Shown here: in pieces, positions 7,882-17,455 of the stretch
How the letters are laid out: each line of letters starts with the position of its first letter
Position numbering within the stretch: position 1 is the first letter of the stretch
IMG/VR virus record: IMGVR_UViG_3300009703_000018
Location: 1 to 62,727 of that record
Strand: one strand, 5' to 3'
Length of the DNA: 62,727 nucleotides
Source of the DNA: a virus
Lineage: Duplodnaviria > Caudoviricetes
Notes under the pieces: generated by a model
What the model was told of the DNA's origin: nothing
What the model saw: the letters and a program-made list of their open reading frames with translations, nothing else
Databases searched by the model: none
Made by a program: the position numbers and the translations under genes

Positions 7882-8719
7882 CAAAAACAGGGCTTCGCAA
7901 TTAAGGCTCTTGGTAGAGAGTCTTCATTTTAATGCGACTGGAATATTTCAGCCGTATGTGGTTTGGCAAGCCAACACTCCAGAATTTGAGCAGGGTTATC
8001 ACAAGCTGTTTTCTGAACAGATGGACATCTTTCATGTTAGAGAGTCTTATATGTTGGATAACCTTTATGCCTTTTTAAATAATTTTAAAGACGGTCATTT
8101 TGCTTTGTTTATGGATGATTGCATTTTTTACAAGCCTCTCAGAGTTTCTCCTGAAGATTTAATATCTAAAATAGATGACGATACTTGGTGCTTGAGTTTG
8201 AGACTGGGATATAACACCACGGAGAATACAGAAAAGCCAATAGTTTCAGTTTCTGAAGACGGAGACTTTATAAAGTATAAATTCAAAGAGCATGGCCCAC
8301 ATGATAACTACGGTTTTTGTTTTAGTTGGGATGGTGTCATATACAAAACCCAAGATGTCTTAGATCTATTTAATGGAAACACTTTTACGCAAACTCATAA
8401 CCAGTGGGCTATATTACCACAGAAGATAGAGAATTTTACATCACATAATAGAGATGAGATTAAAAAAGATTTGATTTGTTGCTCAAAAGAAAGCCATGTT
8501 GTTTGCATGAACTATAACTCTACTCACCCTATGGCTCATTTTAATATAGTTTCACTTGAGTCATTAAATAGCAGCTACCTAGCTGGAGAAATTATTGATT
8601 TTAACAGCATTAATTTTGATGGAATAAAAGGCACTCACGAAACAAGACCGTTTAGCTTAAGATATACAGGAAAACCTCCAGTGTTCGAGGGGGAAGCAAG
8701 TATGAATATTAAATCATGA
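7853..8719 (+). CDS. GT-A fold glycosyltransferase (GT2-like)
   Basis: IFSKNRASQLRLLVESL N-terminus; FMDDCIF acidic motif. Confidence 0.7.
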   Translation: MEKIPALIFSKNRASQLRLLVESLHFNATGIFQPYVVWQANTPEFEQGYHKLFSEQMDIFHVRESYMLDNLYAFLNNFKDGHFALFMDDCIFYKPLRVSPEDLISKIDDDTWCLSLRLGYNTTENTEKPIVSVSEDGDFIKYKFKEHGPHDNYGFCFSWDGVIYKTQDVLDLFNGNTFTQTHNQWAILPQKIENFTSHNRDEIKKDLICCSKESHVVCMNYNSTHPMAHFNIVSLESLNSSYLAGEIIDFNSINFDGIKGTHETRPFSLRYTGKPPVFEGEASMNIKS

Positions 8720-9204
8720 GTCAAAAATATGTAATACTAAAAGACACAAGGGAAAAAAACGGCTGGAATTTTGAGTCTTCAGATAGATGCTTGGCTGTTG
8801 CCAATTGGGGATTAAAAACTGGAGACTATACAGCTAAAGGTTTAGAAAAAGAACTTGTCATAGAGAGAAAAGCTTCTACTGGTGAGTTAGCTATGAATCT
8901 TGGCAAAAAGCGAAAAGCTTTTGAAGCTGAGATAGTAAGAATGTCTAAGTTTCGCTGGAAGTATGTCATTATGGAATTTAGCATAGATGACCTTATGAAC
9001 TTTCCAGAAAACTCAGGAATCCCGAAAAAACAAAGACAGTACGTTAGGATGAACGGAAAGTTTATGTGGAAGAAACTGCGCGAATATGAAGAGCAATATG
9101 GCGTTGAACTTATCTTTGCTCAAGACAAGAATAATGCAGAGCAAAGAGCCATGATTATATTTGACGAAGTTACGGAGATATTACTGCGTGAACAAGCAGA
9201 GTGA
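8716..9204 (+). CDS. ERCC4/XPF-domain nuclease
   Basis: DTREK, LKTGDY and IERKAS motifs. Confidence 0.85.
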   Translation: MSQKYVILKDTREKNGWNFESSDRCLAVANWGLKTGDYTAKGLEKELVIERKASTGELAMNLGKKRKAFEAEIVRMSKFRWKYVIMEFSIDDLMNFPENSGIPKKQRQYVRMNGKFMWKKLREYEEQYGVELIFAQDKNNAEQRAMIIFDEVTEILLREQAE

Positions 9205-11161
9205 GAACATAAAAGCAATCAATGATGCTTGGTTAAACATAGATCCTAATACTGACATCATTAATCCCTTCAGCGTGCAAACTGAAGAAGAGTTCACAAC
9301 AAAGTTAACATGGTTAATGACCAACCCTGAATACTTTTCTTTTATCTGTAAAGAGATATTGAATATAGATATCCTGCCTACCCAAGCTCTTATGCTCAAA
9401 GAGATGTGGAGCAGGAAGTTTCCAATGCTTATAGCGAGTCGTGGTTTTGGTAAGTCTTTCATACTTTCTGTATACGCTATACTTCGCGCTCTTCTAATGC
9501 CGGGAAGAAAGATTGTTATTGTTGGTGCAGCCTTTCGCCAGTCTAAGGTTCTCTTTGAGTATATGGATACCATTTGGCGCAACTCTCCACTGCTTAGAGA
9601 CATTGTTGGAGGAGATGGTGGCCCAAGAAGAGACGTTGACATGTGCAGATTAAAAATAGGCGAAAGTACTGTAACTTGCCTACCTCTTGGTGACGGTAGT
9701 AAGATTCGTGGTCAACGTGCCAATGATATTATTGCAGACGAATTTGCATCTATACCTAGAGAGATATTTGAAAATGTCGTTGCTGGTTTTGCTGCTGTTA
9801 GTGCATCTCCTATTGAAAACGTAAGAAGAGTAGCCGCTGAAAAGAAAGCTATTGAACTTGGGGAAATGTCAGAAGACGAACAAGACTTTCACGAAGAAGG
9901 CGCAAACCAAATTATCCTTTCTGGTACTGCGTATTATGATTTTAACCACTTCGCTGAATACTGGAAGAAGTGGAAAGCTTTTATCAATAGCAAAGGCGAT
10001 CCAAAAAAACTTGGAGAAATGTTTGGCGAGGACGGTGTTCCTGCTGGTTTTGACTGGAGGCAGTATTCTATTATTCGTGTTCCGTTTGAACTTTTGCCTG
10101 AAGGCTTTATGGACGCAGCACAGGTTGCTCGATCAAAGGCCACAGTTCATTCAGGAATCTATCAAATGGAATTTGGGGCATGTTTCTCTACCGATAGCAA
10201 CGGGTTCTTTAAACGCTCTCTTATCGAGTCTTGTGTGGTTTCTCCTCAAAAGCCAGTCAACCTCCCTAGCGGAGAAGTAAATTTTCAAGCGGTTCTTAGA
10301 GGGAATCCTAATTGCAGATACGTTTACGGTATTGACCCAGCTTCCGAAGTAGACAATTTCTCGATTGTCGTTATGGAAGTGCATGAAGACCATAGCCGAA
10401 TTGTTCATTGCTGGACAACAAACAGAGGTAGACATAAAGAGCAATTGAAGGCTGGTGTAGCTGATGAAACTGATTTTTATTCTTACTGTGCTAGAAAAAT
10501 TAGAGATCTAATGAGGGTCTTTCCTTGTCAAGAAATAGCTTTAGATGCTCAGGGTGGTGGTATTGCTATTATCGAAGCTCTTCACGATAAAGACAAAATT
10601 AGAGAAGGCGAGCTTCCTATATGGCCTACTATAGATGACAAAAAAGAAAAAGACACCGATGGTGAACCCGGACTACATATAGTAGAAATGGTTCAGTTTG
10701 CTAAGGCTGATTGGGTTGCAGAAGCTAATCATGGTTTAAGAAAAGACTTTGAAGATAAGACTGTTCTGTTTCCCTACTTTGATTCTGCAACTTTGGGTCT
10801 TGCTGTATCTGACGATAAATTAAAGAATAGGATTTATGATACATTAGAGGATTGTGTAATGGAGATAGAAGAGCTTAAAGATGAGCTTTCTATGATTATC
10901 ATGACACAAACGACTTCTGGTAGGGATAAATGGGATACTCCAGAAGTTAAACTTCCCGGTGGAAGAAAAGACCGCCTAAGAAAAGATAGATACTCTTCTT
11001 TAATCATGGCTAACATGTCTGCAAGAAAGATACTAAGAACACCAGCGCCTCATGTGTATGACACTATTGGTGGTTTTGCAGGAGGTATAAGAGGCAAAAT
11101 AGAAGGCCCAGAATACGTAGGGCCATCTTGGTTTACCGAAGGAATGAAGGATGTTTACTAG
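9161..11161 (+). CDS. terL: Terminase large subunit (likely GTG start at 9188)
   Basis: Walker A ASRGFGKS, Walker B IIADEF, IRGQRA, RNase H-like YGIDPA and C-terminal KDRYS. Confidence 0.92.
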   Translation: MTKLRRYYCVNKQSENIKAINDAWLNIDPNTDIINPFSVQTEEEFTTKLTWLMTNPEYFSFICKEILNIDILPTQALMLKEMWSRKFPMLIASRGFGKSFILSVYAILRALLMPGRKIVIVGAAFRQSKVLFEYMDTIWRNSPLLRDIVGGDGGPRRDVDMCRLKIGESTVTCLPLGDGSKIRGQRANDIIADEFASIPREIFENVVAGFAAVSASPIENVRRVAAEKKAIELGEMSEDEQDFHEEGANQIILSGTAYYDFNHFAEYWKKWKAFINSKGDPKKLGEMFGEDGVPAGFDWRQYSIIRVPFELLPEGFMDAAQVARSKATVHSGIYQMEFGACFSTDSNGFFKRSLIESCVVSPQKPVNLPSGEVNFQAVLRGNPNCRYVYGIDPASEVDNFSIVVMEVHEDHSRIVHCWTTNRGRHKEQLKAGVADETDFYSYCARKIRDLMRVFPCQEIALDAQGGGIAIIEALHDKDKIREGELPIWPTIDDKKEKDTDGEPGLHIVEMVQFAKADWVAEANHGLRKDFEDKTVLFPYFDSATLGLAVSDDKLKNRIYDTLEDCVMEIEELKDELSMIIMTQTTSGRDKWDTPEVKLPGGRKDRLRKDRYSSLIMANMSARKILRTPAPHVYDTIGGFAGGIRGKIEGPEYVGPSWFTEGMKDVY

Positions 11162-11163
11162 TT

Positions 11164-11174
11164 TGGTGTATAAT
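11164..11174 (+). promoter_or_regulatory. Putative late promoter TGGTGTATAAT
   Basis: Same 11-mer recurs in the intergenic gaps at 16677 and 34035, with variants at 13498 and 26768. Confidence 0.65.
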
Positions 11175-11225
11175 CAATTAGATTAATTATCCAATCATTC
11201 CAATTACAATTCAATAGGTAAAAAA

Positions 11226-13472
11226 ATGGCTAAAGATCCAATTCAAGATCAGCAAAAAGTTCAAGCGTTTGTCACTTGGTCTGATGATTCTGGAAAGAGA
11301 CAAGCTCTTGCCGATACGTCAGATAATATTGACTCTTATGATGGAATTCAAAAAGCCGTAGCCTATAATCGTAGGTCTTTTTTAGATCTTGAGCCTAATC
11401 GCTCAGTAAGAACTGGATTTAATAGAGAAGACTATAATCGCTTTCGTGGAACTGAAGCTGTTCCGAAGATTCAAAAAGAAGCGATAAAGATGTGTATGTC
11501 TGCCTATGACAAGGTTGGCATAATCAGAAACGTCATTGACCTTATGGCAGATTTTGCTGGTCAAGGGATTACTATCGTTCATCCCAATAAGAGAATTGAG
11601 AAGTTCTTCCGTGCGTGGTTTCAAAAAATCAACGGAAGAGAAAGAACTGAAAGGTTTTTAAATACCCTCTATAGATGTGGAAATGTAGTTGTAAAAAGAA
11701 GAACAGCTAAAATAAACAAAAAAACAGAAAAGCAACTTCGGTCTATGGGAGAGACTGATACTGAGATAATTGATCTTAAAGTCCCGAAAAGAGAGATACC
11801 TTGGAAGTTTGATTTCTTAAACCCACTATCTATTGAAGTTGTTGGAAATGAGTTAGCTACATTTGTTGGACAACCACAATACGCCCTAAAGGTGTCTAAA
11901 CTTGTTAGGGGTTTAGCCAATAGAGGTCTTTCTGGCAATACTCCCCACCATAGAAATTTAACCGCCATGCTTCCTCCAGATATTCTGGAGGCCATAAGAA
12001 ACGGACAGACCACCGTTCCACTAGATCCTGAAAAGGTATCAGTATACTACTACAAGAAAGACGATTGGCTTGTTTGGGCTAATCCTATGATTTACGCTAT
12101 ACTTGACGATATTGTTATGTTAGAGAAGATGAAACTAGCAGATATATCAGCTCTTGATGGTGCTATTTCTAATATAAGATTATGGAGCCTTGGAGATCTG
12201 GATAATAAGATACTTCCAACTAAAGCCGCTATTAATAAGCTAAGAAATATATTAGCTAGTAATGTTGGTGGTGGTACAATGGATTTAGTATGGGGGCCAG
12301 AACTAAAGTTTACAGAATCTAGCACACAAGTATTTAGATTTTTAGGTAAAGAAAAATACGAACCAGTACTTACTAATATTTATGCTGGACTTGGTATTCC
12401 TCCTACGCTTACTGGTATGGCTAGTACTGGTGGTGGTTTTACTAATAACTTTATTAGCCTAAAAACCCTAGTGGAAAGACTGGAGTATGGTCGTCAGATA
12501 TTGGTTAATTGGTGGAACCAAGAACTAGAGATAGTTCAAAAAGCGATGGGCTTTAGATTGCCCGCTAAAATTCACTTTGACCAGATGGTGCTTTCAGACG
12601 AGGCTTCTGAAAAGAACCTTCTTATTCAGCTTGCTGATAGGAATATTATTAGCTCCGAAACTGTTGTCGAAAGATTTGGCGAAATACCTGAAATAGAAAA
12701 AATTAGAATTAGGCGCGAAGAAAAAGATAGAAGGGGCGAATCTATGCCTCAAAAAGCTGGCCCTTATCACAATCCTCAACATCGTAATGATCTTGAGAAG
12801 ATTGCTCTTACTAAGGATTCTATGCAACCAGAAGACTTCGGTTTAGTTCCCTCTCCTGATACTGGTAACCATCCTCTTACAGACCCGCAAGACAGAAGAG
12901 ACAAAATTAGTATTGATAATCAAAAAGAGGAAAAAGAAGACAAGAAGTTTGATAAAGAGCAAAAGAGAATGGATCTAAAGAAAGAAAACGAACCAGCTCC
13001 TCCGCAAGAAAAGTTTAACCCAACTGGTAGACCGGAAGATGGTAGGCCGAAAAATGCCAAAGACAAGGAGAAGAGAAAACAGAAGGAAGTTAAACCCAGA
13101 CAGTCTGTAAGCTCTGAATTCGTGAATATTTCTTTATGGGCAACAAAAGCTCAGGGTCAAATATCAGAAGTCATCAATCCTGCTATATTATCCCACTTTG
13201 GAAAGGGTAGTCTGAGATCCTTAACTAAGAGTGAAACAGAGCAATTGGAACACCTGAAGCTTTGTATACTTTGCAATATGGAGCCTTTTATTGAGATAAC
13301 CCCTGATGTTATAAGCGATTTGCTGAAGAGGCCAATTTCTGTTGCTTCAGGTACGGTTTCATTACTTGCAAAATTAAAAGAGGACTTCTTGGGTAGAAAT
13401 GGAAGAGAGCCTAACATTGACGAGGTCAGACAAATCAACGTTTCCAGTTATGCTTTAAGTAAAACAGGGTAA
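11226..13472 (+). CDS. Portal protein with charged C-terminal extension
   Basis: Directly after terL; helical content; IIRNVIDLMADF and GLGIPPTL motifs typical of portals. Confidence 0.8.
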   Translation: MAKDPIQDQQKVQAFVTWSDDSGKRQALADTSDNIDSYDGIQKAVAYNRRSFLDLEPNRSVRTGFNREDYNRFRGTEAVPKIQKEAIKMCMSAYDKVGIIRNVIDLMADFAGQGITIVHPNKRIEKFFRAWFQKINGRERTERFLNTLYRCGNVVVKRRTAKINKKTEKQLRSMGETDTEIIDLKVPKREIPWKFDFLNPLSIEVVGNELATFVGQPQYALKVSKLVRGLANRGLSGNTPHHRNLTAMLPPDILEAIRNGQTTVPLDPEKVSVYYYKKDDWLVWANPMIYAILDDIVMLEKMKLADISALDGAISNIRLWSLGDLDNKILPTKAAINKLRNILASNVGGGTMDLVWGPELKFTESSTQVFRFLGKEKYEPVLTNIYAGLGIPPTLTGMASTGGGFTNNFISLKTLVERLEYGRQILVNWWNQELEIVQKAMGFRLPAKIHFDQMVLSDEASEKNLLIQLADRNIISSETVVERFGEIPEIEKIRIRREEKDRRGESMPQKAGPYHNPQHRNDLEKIALTKDSMQPEDFGLVPSPDTGNHPLTDPQDRRDKISIDNQKEEKEDKKFDKEQKRMDLKKENEPAPPQEKFNPTGRPEDGRPKNAKDKEKRKQKEVKPRQSVSSEFVNISLWATKAQGQISEVINPAILSHFGKGSLRSLTKSETEQLEHLKLCILCNMEPFIEITPDVISDLLKRPISVASGTVSLLAKLKEDFLGRNGREPNIDEVRQINVSSYALSKTG

Positions 13473-13497
13473 CGTTTTTTACAATTATTTTTGTTTA

Positions 13498-13508
13498 TGG
13501 TGTATATT
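13498..13508 (+). promoter_or_regulatory. Putative late promoter TGGTGTATATT
   Basis: One-mismatch copy of the motif, just upstream of the protease RBS. Confidence 0.55.
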
Positions 13509-13523
13509 CTTTTGAGGTGATAC

Positions 13524-15047
13524 ATGAAAATATATCAAAGTGAAATAGATTCTGGTCTTGAAGAGAAGATTAAAGCGAGCGCAAGCATTGCTTATTCTTC
13601 TCCTGTAAATACTTACATTCCAAGCAAAAGGCAAAAAGAGAGCATTCAACAGTTGGTTGTTGCTCAAGAAAAGTCTGTAGCCGAAGATCAAGATCAGTTT
13701 GATCTTTACTATTTGAATTCTATCTTGGTTTCAACAGGATGGAACAAGAATGATGATGTTTTCGCAACAGAGGAAGTGTGGGCTGCAAAAGATACTCCGG
13801 TAGATAAGCAGTTCAATTTTATGCACGACGAATCCGATATTATTGGTCATATAACAGGAAGTGTTGTTATAGATCAAGAAGGCAATGAGATAAATAGTAT
13901 TGCCGGAAGTGACAAGTTTGACATTGCAACAAGCGCTGTTCTTTACAATAGCTGGACTACTCCAGAACTAAGTAGTAGAATGGAAAAAATTATCTCTCAA
14001 ATTGAAGAGGGAAAATGGTTTGTTTCAATGGAATGCTTGTTTAATGATTTTGATTATGCTGTAGTTACACCTGATGGTGAGAAAAAAGTTATAGCAAGAG
14101 ATGAATCTTCGGCATTTTTGACGAAATACCTTAGAGCATATGGAGGAGAAGGTAAGTATGATGGATATACGATAGGACGACTTTTAAGAAATATTGCGTT
14201 TTCTGGTAAAGGTCTTGTTAGCAATCCCGCTAATCCGCGAAGCGTTATTCTTAATGATGTTGATCCTTTCCAATCTTCGCAAGCAGAAGAAATAAATAAC
14301 TATAGTTTTACTAATATGGAGAATGAAGATATGTCTGATGTTCTCAGAGAACAGGTCGAAGAGCTTAAGGCTGAACTGGCCACCGCTAAGAAAGCCTCTG
14401 ATGCTCTTAAGGCTGAAATTACCAAACAGAAAGACGAAGAATTTCAATCTAAGATTGAAGCTTTTGAAGCTACTGTTTCTGAAAAAGACGAAGCTGTTAC
14501 TGAAGCACAAGCTGCTATTGAAGCCGCTCAAGCTAAAGTTGCTGAGTTAGAAGAAGCAATTGCTAAGAAGGACGAAGAATTGGCTACGGCCAATGAAAAA
14601 ATCGAAGCTCACGAAGCTGAAAAGAAATTGCTGGCTCGCAAGACCGCACTTCTCGAAGTTGGCGTAGAGGGCGAGGAAGCTGAAGCAACTATTGAGAAGT
14701 TTGCCGAAGCAAATGACGAAATGTTCGAGGAAATTGTCGCTTTGATGAAAAAGAAGGGCGAATTTCCCCCGAAGAAAAAGGACGAAGACGAAGAAGAAGA
14801 AAAGAAGCCAGAAGCTGGAAAGCCCAAAGCTGAAGAAGTAGAAGCTACCGAAGCTGATGAAGCTACGGAAGAAGAAACTGACGAAGCAGAAGCTGAAGCA
14901 GAGGCTGAAGTTCTTGAAGATGTAGAAGAAGAAGTTGAAGCTGCATTGGCCGACGCTGGTGATGACTCTAGTGATGAGTTACGAGCAAGTGCTAGCGAAT
15001 GGCTTGAATCCAACGTTCTTCGTTCAACGGCAACTCTTAATAAGTAA
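13524..15047 (+). CDS. Prohead protease/scaffold fusion
   Basis: NKNDDVF, NFMHD, IIGHI, VSMEC, FSGKGLVSNPAN followed by an acidic coiled coil; lies between portal and capsid genes. Confidence 0.8.
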   Translation: MKIYQSEIDSGLEEKIKASASIAYSSPVNTYIPSKRQKESIQQLVVAQEKSVAEDQDQFDLYYLNSILVSTGWNKNDDVFATEEVWAAKDTPVDKQFNFMHDESDIIGHITGSVVIDQEGNEINSIAGSDKFDIATSAVLYNSWTTPELSSRMEKIISQIEEGKWFVSMECLFNDFDYAVVTPDGEKKVIARDESSAFLTKYLRAYGGEGKYDGYTIGRLLRNIAFSGKGLVSNPANPRSVILNDVDPFQSSQAEEINNYSFTNMENEDMSDVLREQVEELKAELATAKKASDALKAEITKQKDEEFQSKIEAFEATVSEKDEAVTEAQAAIEAAQAKVAELEEAIAKKDEELATANEKIEAHEAEKKLLARKTALLEVGVEGEEAEATIEKFAEANDEMFEEIVALMKKKGEFPPKKKDEDEEEEKKPEAGKPKAEEVEATEADEATEEETDEAEAEAEAEVLEDVEEEVEAALADAGDDSSDELRASASEWLESNVLRSTATLNK

Positions 15048-15069
15048 TATGTTTTAAGGAGACATTAAA

Positions 15070-15576
15070 ATGGCTTTGAAAGCTGATAGAAATGAACTCG
15101 ATGTAGACATTAGCTATTTCTACAATGCTGGTACAGCAGAGCGCGGAGGGGTTGTTGCCCTTTCAAGCGCTGGGTCTGGTGCAGCTATGGATCAAGCTGG
15201 TGCAAAAGTAGCATATACAGCCGCAGCGGATAATGTTATTCCTGTGGGCGTTCTGCTCAATGATGTAGTTAACCTTGACCTCACTCGCCAGCACATTAAC
15301 TGGCATAAAGATGAAGTCCAAAAGGGTGGTAAAGTAGCTGTCCTGAAGAAGGGTTATGTTGTAACTAATATGATTACTGGTACGCCTACTGCTGGCGCGC
15401 TGGCTTATCTTGATGACGCTACTGCTGGTAACCTAACCATCAAATCCCAAGTTGACACAACTGAATATATTCATGTTGGTCGTTGGATGTCCACCAAGGA
15501 CGAAGATGGTTACGCCAAAGTAGAAATTAATCTACCTGCTGGTGTCATGAACACCGATGCTGGTGCATTAGAATAA
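15070..15576 (+). CDS. Capsid decoration/cement protein
   Basis: Gly/Ala-rich beta protein immediately upstream of the major capsid gene; strong AGGAG RBS. Confidence 0.65.
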   Translation: MALKADRNELDVDISYFYNAGTAERGGVVALSSAGSGAAMDQAGAKVAYTAAADNVIPVGVLLNDVVNLDLTRQHINWHKDEVQKGGKVAVLKKGYVVTNMITGTPTAGALAYLDDATAGNLTIKSQVDTTEYIHVGRWMSTKDEDGYAKVEINLPAGVMNTDAGALE

Positions 15577-15603
15577 TCTTAACCCTTAAAGGAGACTTTA
15601 ATA

Positions 15604-16611
15604 ATGAGTAGAATGACTAAACCTGATGATCATTTTATTGAACTCATTCAGCGCTCCGGTAGCGCCGAAAAGAATGAGGCTCTCGCTGCACAGCGAGAAC
15701 TGGCGGTTGCTCTCGAAACTCCCCTCCGTAAGGGTGTTTTGGTAGGCGACGTTCTTGATGGTATCTTTGAAAAGATCCAGATGGCTCCCGGCTCTGCCGC
15801 TGAATTCCCACTTGACCTTCTTTCCCCCGGAACAGAAGGCGATCATGTGGCTTACACCAATCCCGGTCACGGTCGTATTCCCGAACGTGCTGTTGAAGGC
15901 GATTACGTCATGGTTCCGACTTACTCAGTCGCATCCTCGATTGATTACCTTCTTCGCTACGCTCGTGAAGCCCGTTGGGATGTTGTGGGTCGCGCAATGC
16001 AAGTTCTTGAAGCTGGCTTTGTAAAGAAGATGAATGATGACGGTTGGCACACATTGTTGGCTGCTGGCGTTGACCGAAACGTTTTGGTCTATGACGCTGA
16101 CGCTGCTGATGGTCAGTTTACCAAACGTATCATTTCTTTGATGAAAACCGTTATGCGTCGAAACGCTGGTGGCAACTCCGGTTCTTTGAACCGTGGTAAG
16201 TTGACAGACGTTTACCTTTCGCCTGAAGCTCTTGAAGATATCCGCAACTGGGGTATTGATCAAGTTGACGAGATCACTCGTCGTGAAATCTATCAGGCCG
16301 GAGATGATGGCGCTGCAATCACCCGTGTCTTTGGTGTGAATCTTCACGACATGGACGAACTGGGTGAATCTCAGGAATATCAACTGTTCTTCAGCGACCA
16401 GCTTTCTGGTAGCTTGAACGGTACTGATCCTGAGCTTGTGGTTGGCCTTGACTTGTCTGCTAATGACAGCTTCATTATGCCTGTCAAGCAAGATGTTCAG
16501 ATCTTTGAAGACGATGCACTGCACCGTCAGCAACGAGCTGGCTTCTACGGTTGGGCTGAAATTGGGTTTGCTGTTCTGGATAACAGACGCATCCTTCTCG
16601 GTTCTTTCTAA
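15604..16611 (+). CDS. Major capsid protein (HK97-fold presumed)
   Basis: Synteny, strong AAGGAG RBS, biased codon usage, followed by a terminator. Confidence 0.85.
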   Translation: MSRMTKPDDHFIELIQRSGSAEKNEALAAQRELAVALETPLRKGVLVGDVLDGIFEKIQMAPGSAAEFPLDLLSPGTEGDHVAYTNPGHGRIPERAVEGDYVMVPTYSVASSIDYLLRYAREARWDVVGRAMQVLEAGFVKKMNDDGWHTLLAAGVDRNVLVYDADAADGQFTKRIISLMKTVMRRNAGGNSGSLNRGKLTDVYLSPEALEDIRNWGIDQVDEITRREIYQAGDDGAAITRVFGVNLHDMDELGESQEYQLFFSDQLSGSLNGTDPELVVGLDLSANDSFIMPVKQDVQIFEDDALHRQQRAGFYGWAEIGFAVLDNRRILLGSF

Positions 16612-16636
16612 GAATTGACTTAGATAGCCACACATT

Positions 16637-16669
16637 AACCGTCCCTAGATTTCTAGGGGCGGTTTTTTT
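16637..16669 (+). terminator. Rho-independent terminator
   Basis: AACCGTCCCTAGA-TT-TCTAGGGGCGGTT stem followed by a T-tract. Confidence 0.9.
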
Positions 16670-16676
16670 GTATATA

Positions 16677-16687
16677 TGGTGTATAAT
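16677..16687 (+). promoter_or_regulatory. Putative late promoter TGGTGTATAAT
   Basis: Exact motif immediately after the capsid terminator. Confidence 0.7.
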
Positions 16688-16723
16688 ATATTGGAATTAC
16701 AGTCGTAATTGGGAATTTTATAG

Positions 16724-17005
16724 ATGACCAAAAGAACCAAAACAGAACTAACTAGCCAAGTTAGCACGTTATTACCAGATAATAACTCAGCACAAATTAC
16801 TCCAGAAAATATAAGGAGTGTATTTACTGATGTTGGTGATTCGTTGGTGTTTTGGGATGATACAATACCATCCAGTGCAACTGAGTCTTGCACAAAAGGT
16901 GAAGTAAAGATTGGTAGTACAACTATTGATACAACCACACTACATCACCTATACGTTTGTGTAGATACAGATACTTGGAAGCGAATGGAGCTAATAACTT
17001 TCTAG
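16724..17005 (+). CDS. Small virion/fibre-associated protein
   Basis: LPDNNSAQITPENIR N-terminal module; C-terminal LYVCVDTDTWKR motif seen in fibre-like proteins. Confidence 0.6.
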   Translation: MTKRTKTELTSQVSTLLPDNNSAQITPENIRSVFTDVGDSLVFWDDTIPSSATESCTKGEVKIGSTTIDTTTLHHLYVCVDTDTWKRMELITF

Positions 17006-17023
17006 AAAAAGGAGACATGTAAT

Positions 17024-17428
17024 ATGTCAGCTATGTCAACATATCTCGAAAACGCGCTGGCCAGCCACGTTTTGAGAAACACTGCATTTACTACACCGGG
17101 AACTAGTATATATGTAGGTCTTATTAAATTTTATGAAACCACTAAGCTTGAAGCCGGAACTCTTACTCAAGAAGCTAGTGGTGGTGCTTATGCCAGAGTT
17201 CAAGTAACCACATGGGATGCTCCTAGTGATGGTGCAACTCAAAATACTGGTGCTATTACTTTTCCAACAGCTACTGCTGATTGGGGTAATATTTCTGGCG
17301 TAATTGTTGCAGACGCAGCAAGTGCTGGAAATGTTCTACTTCATGGTTCTTTGACATCCACTAGAGATGTTCAAAACGGCGACGTATTCAAATTCAACGC
17401 TGGTGATTTAGATATTACATTTGCCTAA
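17024..17428 (+). CDS. Conserved phage virion protein (tail-fibre-associated)
   Basis: MSTYLENAL...GGAYARV...NTGAITFPTATADWG...FNAGDLDITF, a recurrent phage structural family. Confidence 0.7.
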   Translation: MSAMSTYLENALASHVLRNTAFTTPGTSIYVGLIKFYETTKLEAGTLTQEASGGAYARVQVTTWDAPSDGATQNTGAITFPTATADWGNISGVIVADAASAGNVLLHGSLTSTRDVQNGDVFKFNAGDLDITFA

Positions 17429-17455
17429 TCACCTTTATTAATTAAGGGGTGACTC

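Noticed and set aside
9161-11161. Intein or intron in terL
   Set aside because: Motifs are continuous; no intein C-terminal HN-[CST] splice motif or LAGLIDADG block seen.
15925-16635. 236-aa minus-strand ORF over the major capsid gene
   Set aside because: Antisense shadow arising from codon bias; no RBS or recognisable motifs.
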